Source: an uncultured delta proteobacterium
GTDB lineage: Bacteria > Desulfobacterota > Desulfuromonadia > Geobacterales > DSM-12255
NCBI GenBank assembly: GCA_963787125.1
Contig: CAWBBV010000010.1
Coordinates: 1 to 17,605 of the forward strand
Length of the DNA stretch: 17,605 bases
Direction: 5' to 3'
Positions 15,272-17,605 of this stretch are shown here, piece after piece. A program made the translations under genes and the position numbers. Below the pieces are notes generated by a model. That model searched no databases, was not told where the DNA came from, and saw only the letters and a program-made list of their open reading frames with translations. Each line of letters starts with the position of its first letter. Position 1 is the first letter of the stretch.

Positions 15272-16336
15272 ATGAATAAATCCACTGTTATTCGTCCGCA
15301 AGGGACTGTTGCCGTAGATGCATCCGGTATTCTTGCCGATCTGCGCGAGTTGATCAATTCTGCTCGCCGCCGGGTGGCCACGGTTGCCAATGCCGAACAG
15401 ACGCTGCTTTACTGGCGGCTGGGCAAACGTATCCGCACTGAAGTCCTTGGTGGTGACAGAGCTACCTATGGTGGGCAGATTGTCGTAACAGTGTCACGAC
15501 AATTAGAGACGGAATTTGGTAAGGGGTTTGGAGAAAAAAATGTTCGGCGGATGGTTCAGTTTGCCGAGGTGTTCCCCGGTGAGCAGATTGTCGTATCGCT
15601 GATACAACAATTGGGATGGGCGCACTTTCTAGCACTGCTGCCGATAAAAGCCCCCCTTGCCCGTGAGTTTTACGCCGAGATGTGCCGTTTAGAACGCTGG
15701 CCGGTCCGCACTTTGCGGCAGAAGATCGGTGGCATGCTCTACGAACGCTCCGCCCTTTCCAAAAATACCGAAGCGGTCATCAAGGCAGAGCTGGATATTC
15801 TGCGCGACGGGCAGATGACCCCGGACATGGTCTTTCGCGACCCCTATTTGCTTGACTTCCTCGGTCTGCAGGGAGCCTTCAGCGAGAAAGATCTGGAAAA
15901 CGCCATCCTGCGGGAGATGGAAAGGTTTTTGCTGGAACTGGGGAGCGGCTTTACTTTCGTGGCCCGCCAAAAACGGATGAGTGTCGGCAAAGACGACTTT
16001 TATCTCGACCTGCTCTTTTACCACCGCTTTTTGCGGCGGCTGGTGGCCATCGAACTGAAGCTGGAATCTTTTCAACCTGCCCACACCGGCCAGATGGAGC
16101 TGTACCTCCGCTGGCTGGACAAGCACGAGCGGGCTGCAGGTGAAGAATCACCCATTGGTCTGATCCTTTGTGCCGGAGCGGATGCAGAGCAAGTAGAATT
16201 ACTTCAATTGGATGAAAAATCAATTCGGGTCGCGGAGTATCTGACTGAACTCCCACCGGTTGAGTTGCTGCGATCCCGCCTGCATCTTGCCATTGAGCTG
16301 GCCAGGGAACAGGCAGCGCGGGTAGATATTTATTAA
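15272..16336 (+). CDS. YhcG/DUF1016 family PD-(D/E)xK nuclease-domain protein
   Basis: LLYWRLGKRI..RATYG, RDPYLLDFLGL..EKDLE, FLLELGSGFTFVARQKR, YLDLLFYHR..LVAIELK, GQMELYL, PIGLILC. Start placed at ATG 15272 after GGAGGAG (ORF track starts at 15125). Confidence 0.92.
   Translation: MNKSTVIRPQGTVAVDASGILADLRELINSARRRVATVANAEQTLLYWRLGKRIRTEVLGGDRATYGGQIVVTVSRQLETEFGKGFGEKNVRRMVQFAEVFPGEQIVVSLIQQLGWAHFLALLPIKAPLAREFYAEMCRLERWPVRTLRQKIGGMLYERSALSKNTEAVIKAELDILRDGQMTPDMVFRDPYLLDFLGLQGAFSEKDLENAILREMERFLLELGSGFTFVARQKRMSVGKDDFYLDLLFYHRFLRRLVAIELKLESFQPAHTGQMELYLRWLDKHERAAGEESPIGLILCAGADAEQVELLQLDEKSIRVAEYLTELPPVELLRSRLHLAIELAREQAARVDIY
15475..15611. repeat. Two in-frame 25-bp palindromes inside the YhcG gene
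   Basis: 15479-15503 ATTGTCGTAACA-G-TGTCACGACAAT and 15587-15611 ATTGTCGTATCG-C-TGATACAACAAT; both begin within the shared 13-mer GCAGATTGTCGTA; 108 bp apart. Confidence 0.85.
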
Positions 16337-16401
16337 GATCCGCTCCTTTAGGGTTGCAAGCCTAGGTGGAGTAGGTGCTCTTAACCTAGAGGAGCCTGGC
16401 C

Positions 16402-16575
16402 ATGCTTAAATACAAGGTAATAGAACTTTCCACAGTTTCTGAAGATCTACTGGAAGAGACTTTGAACGAATGGAGTGTCAAAGGGTGGAAGTTTGATGGT
16501 CTCCACTTTGCCATGCGCGAGTCCCAGAAACGCCCGTCCATGGCATTTGTCCTTTTTACGCGGGAAGAGGAGTAG
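16402..16575 (+). CDS. Small DUF4177-like protein (57 aa), absent from the ORF track
   Basis: My translation: MLKYKVIELSTVSEDLLEETLNEWSVKGWKFDGLHFAMRESQKRPSMAFVLFTREEE; YKV..LN.W...GW..F.R pattern; SD AGAGGAG. Confidence 0.8.
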   Translation: MLKYKVIELSTVSEDLLEETLNEWSVKGWKFDGLHFAMRESQKRPSMAFVLFTREEE

Positions 16576-16578
16576 GGC

Positions 16579-16860
16579 TTGTTTATCTACTGTCTCGAAC
16601 TGCATCTTTCCCTGCCGTCAACTTCACTAAAGGAGAAACGCGGCATTATCAAGAGTATCCAGCGGCGGGCGCGCAACGGCTACAACGTGGCCTGCGCCGA
16701 GGTGGATCGGCAGGATAATCCGCGGGTGGCGGTGCTCGGTTTTGTGACGGTCAGCTCTGATAAGGTGATAGCCCGGTCGGTTCTGGAGCGGCTTGAGGAG
16801 TGGGTTTACGAGGGTTGGCCGGATGTGGAGATTACCGCGGTTGATATTGCGGAAATTTGA
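16579..16860 (+). CDS. DUF503 (YlxP-like) family protein
   Basis: LELHL...SLKEKRGIIKS...YNVACAEVDRQD...LGFVTVS; TTG start 3 nt after the previous stop. Confidence 0.88.
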   Translation: MFIYCLELHLSLPSTSLKEKRGIIKSIQRRARNGYNVACAEVDRQDNPRVAVLGFVTVSSDKVIARSVLERLEEWVYEGWPDVEITAVDIAEI

Positions 16861-16878
16861 TTTGTTATAACTGTGTAA

Positions 16879-16929
16879 GTTCCCTTCGACTCCGCTCAGG
16901 GAACGTTCGTGTGCTGAGCGGAGTCGAAG
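16879..16929. repeat. REP-like palindromic element between convergent genes, may also act as terminator
   Basis: Perfect 16-bp arms CTTCGACTCCGCTCAG (16884-16899) and CTGAGCGGAGTCGAAG (16914-16929); the left arm is also bracketed by GTTCCC/GGGAAC. Confidence 0.75.
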
Positions 16930-16938
16930 CGTTTCCCA

Positions 16939-17604
16939 TTACTTCCCGCAAACCGGACACCCCTGCATGGAGAGCGGTTTTTCCAGGCGACACTCTGTCA
17001 GCAGCTGCTGATTCGCGAAAATCTCCTGCGGTGCCCCGTCAGCCCTTACTTTTCCTCTTCCCAGCACAATCACCCGGTCGCACAGCTCCATCACCATGTC
17101 GAGGTCGTGACTGGTAAAAATCTTGGTGTGATGGAAATCTTTCATCAGCCGCATTAACTGGCGTCTGGCAAAAGGGTCGAGCCCGTTGGTCGGTTCGTCC
17201 ATGACAAGAATATCCGGTTCCATGGAGAGGACGGTTGCTATTGCCACCCGCTTTTTCTCGCCTCCGGACAGATGGTATGGCGGTTTGTCGCGCAGATGGC
17301 CGGCATCAACCTTTGCCAGAGCGCTAGTGACCCGCTCTTCGACCGCTGCCGGCGACAGGCCGAGATTGAACGGGCCGAAAGCGACATCGTCAAAGACCGT
17401 TGGCATGAACAGCTGGTCGTCAGGGTCCTGAAACACCATGCCGACGGTGCGCCGTATCTCCGGCAGGGTCGCCTTTGTTATCGGCGTGTGCCCGATCTCT
17501 ATCTCGCCGCTGGTCGGGGCAAGGTAGCCGTTGAGATGCAGCAGCAGGGTCGATTTTCCGGCGCCGTTGGCGCCGATGATGCCGACCGATTCGCCGTGGG
17601 TAAT
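16939..17604 (-). CDS. cbiO: ECF transporter ATPase, CbiO/NikO type (5'-truncated by window edge)
   Basis: Frame is open to the window end: ITHGESVGIIGANGAGKST (Walker A), VGMVFQDPDDQLF, LSGGEKKRVAIA, ILVMDEPT, SHD; ends with CPVCGK. Confidence 0.9.
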   Translation of the reverse strand: MTHGESVGIIGANGAGKSTLLLHLNGYLAPTSGEIEIGHTPITKATLPEIRRTVGMVFQDPDDQLFMPTVFDDVAFGPFNLGLSPAAVEERVTSALAKVDAGHLRDKPPYHLSGGEKKRVAIATVLSMEPDILVMDEPTNGLDPFARRQLMRLMKDFHHTKIFTSHDLDMVMELCDRVIVLGRGKVRADGAPQEIFANQQLLTECRLEKPLSMQGCPVCGK

Positions 17605-17605
17605 G

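Larger units (their letters stand above)
11602..16336. other. Accessory islet (TA, orphan ParB, AT-rich orphans, YhcG)
   Basis: Mobilome-associated gene families between housekeeping-like genes; visibly AT-rich 13485-15270; no integrase, transposase or att repeat seen. Confidence 0.55.

Overview
Window of a bacterial chromosome, most likely Geobacteraceae/Desulfuromonadia (inferred from gene content). (1) 11-8014, minus strand: a tightly packed six-gene cell-envelope cluster of unknown function: TolB/PD40-like beta-propeller lipoprotein, 835-aa three-module beta-helix protein with HxH motifs, tandem carboxypeptidase-regulatory-like protein, apparently single-lobed OpuAC-like binding protein, ResB-like cytochrome c biogenesis protein, and a Cys/His-rich DUF318 permease fused to a soluble domain. 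(2) 8376-11006, plus strand: soluble PRC/MgtE_N/CBS protein and an Nramp-related (NrmT-like) divalent cation transporter, ending at a bidirectional terminator shared with an Hsp20 gene. (3) About 11600-16340: an accessory islet with no integrase: mqsRA, a strong promoter driving a short terminated leader, a palindromic REP-like repeat, an orphan ParB followed by a perfect 22-bp parS-like palindrome, two AT-rich orphan genes, and a YhcG/DUF1016 nuclease gene with two in-frame 25-bp DNA palindromes. (4) 16402-17605: a small DUF4177-like gene missing from the ORF track, DUF503, a REP-like hairpin and the 3' part of an ECF (CbiO/NikO-type) ATPase. All family calls come from motif recognition by eye; no database search was run.
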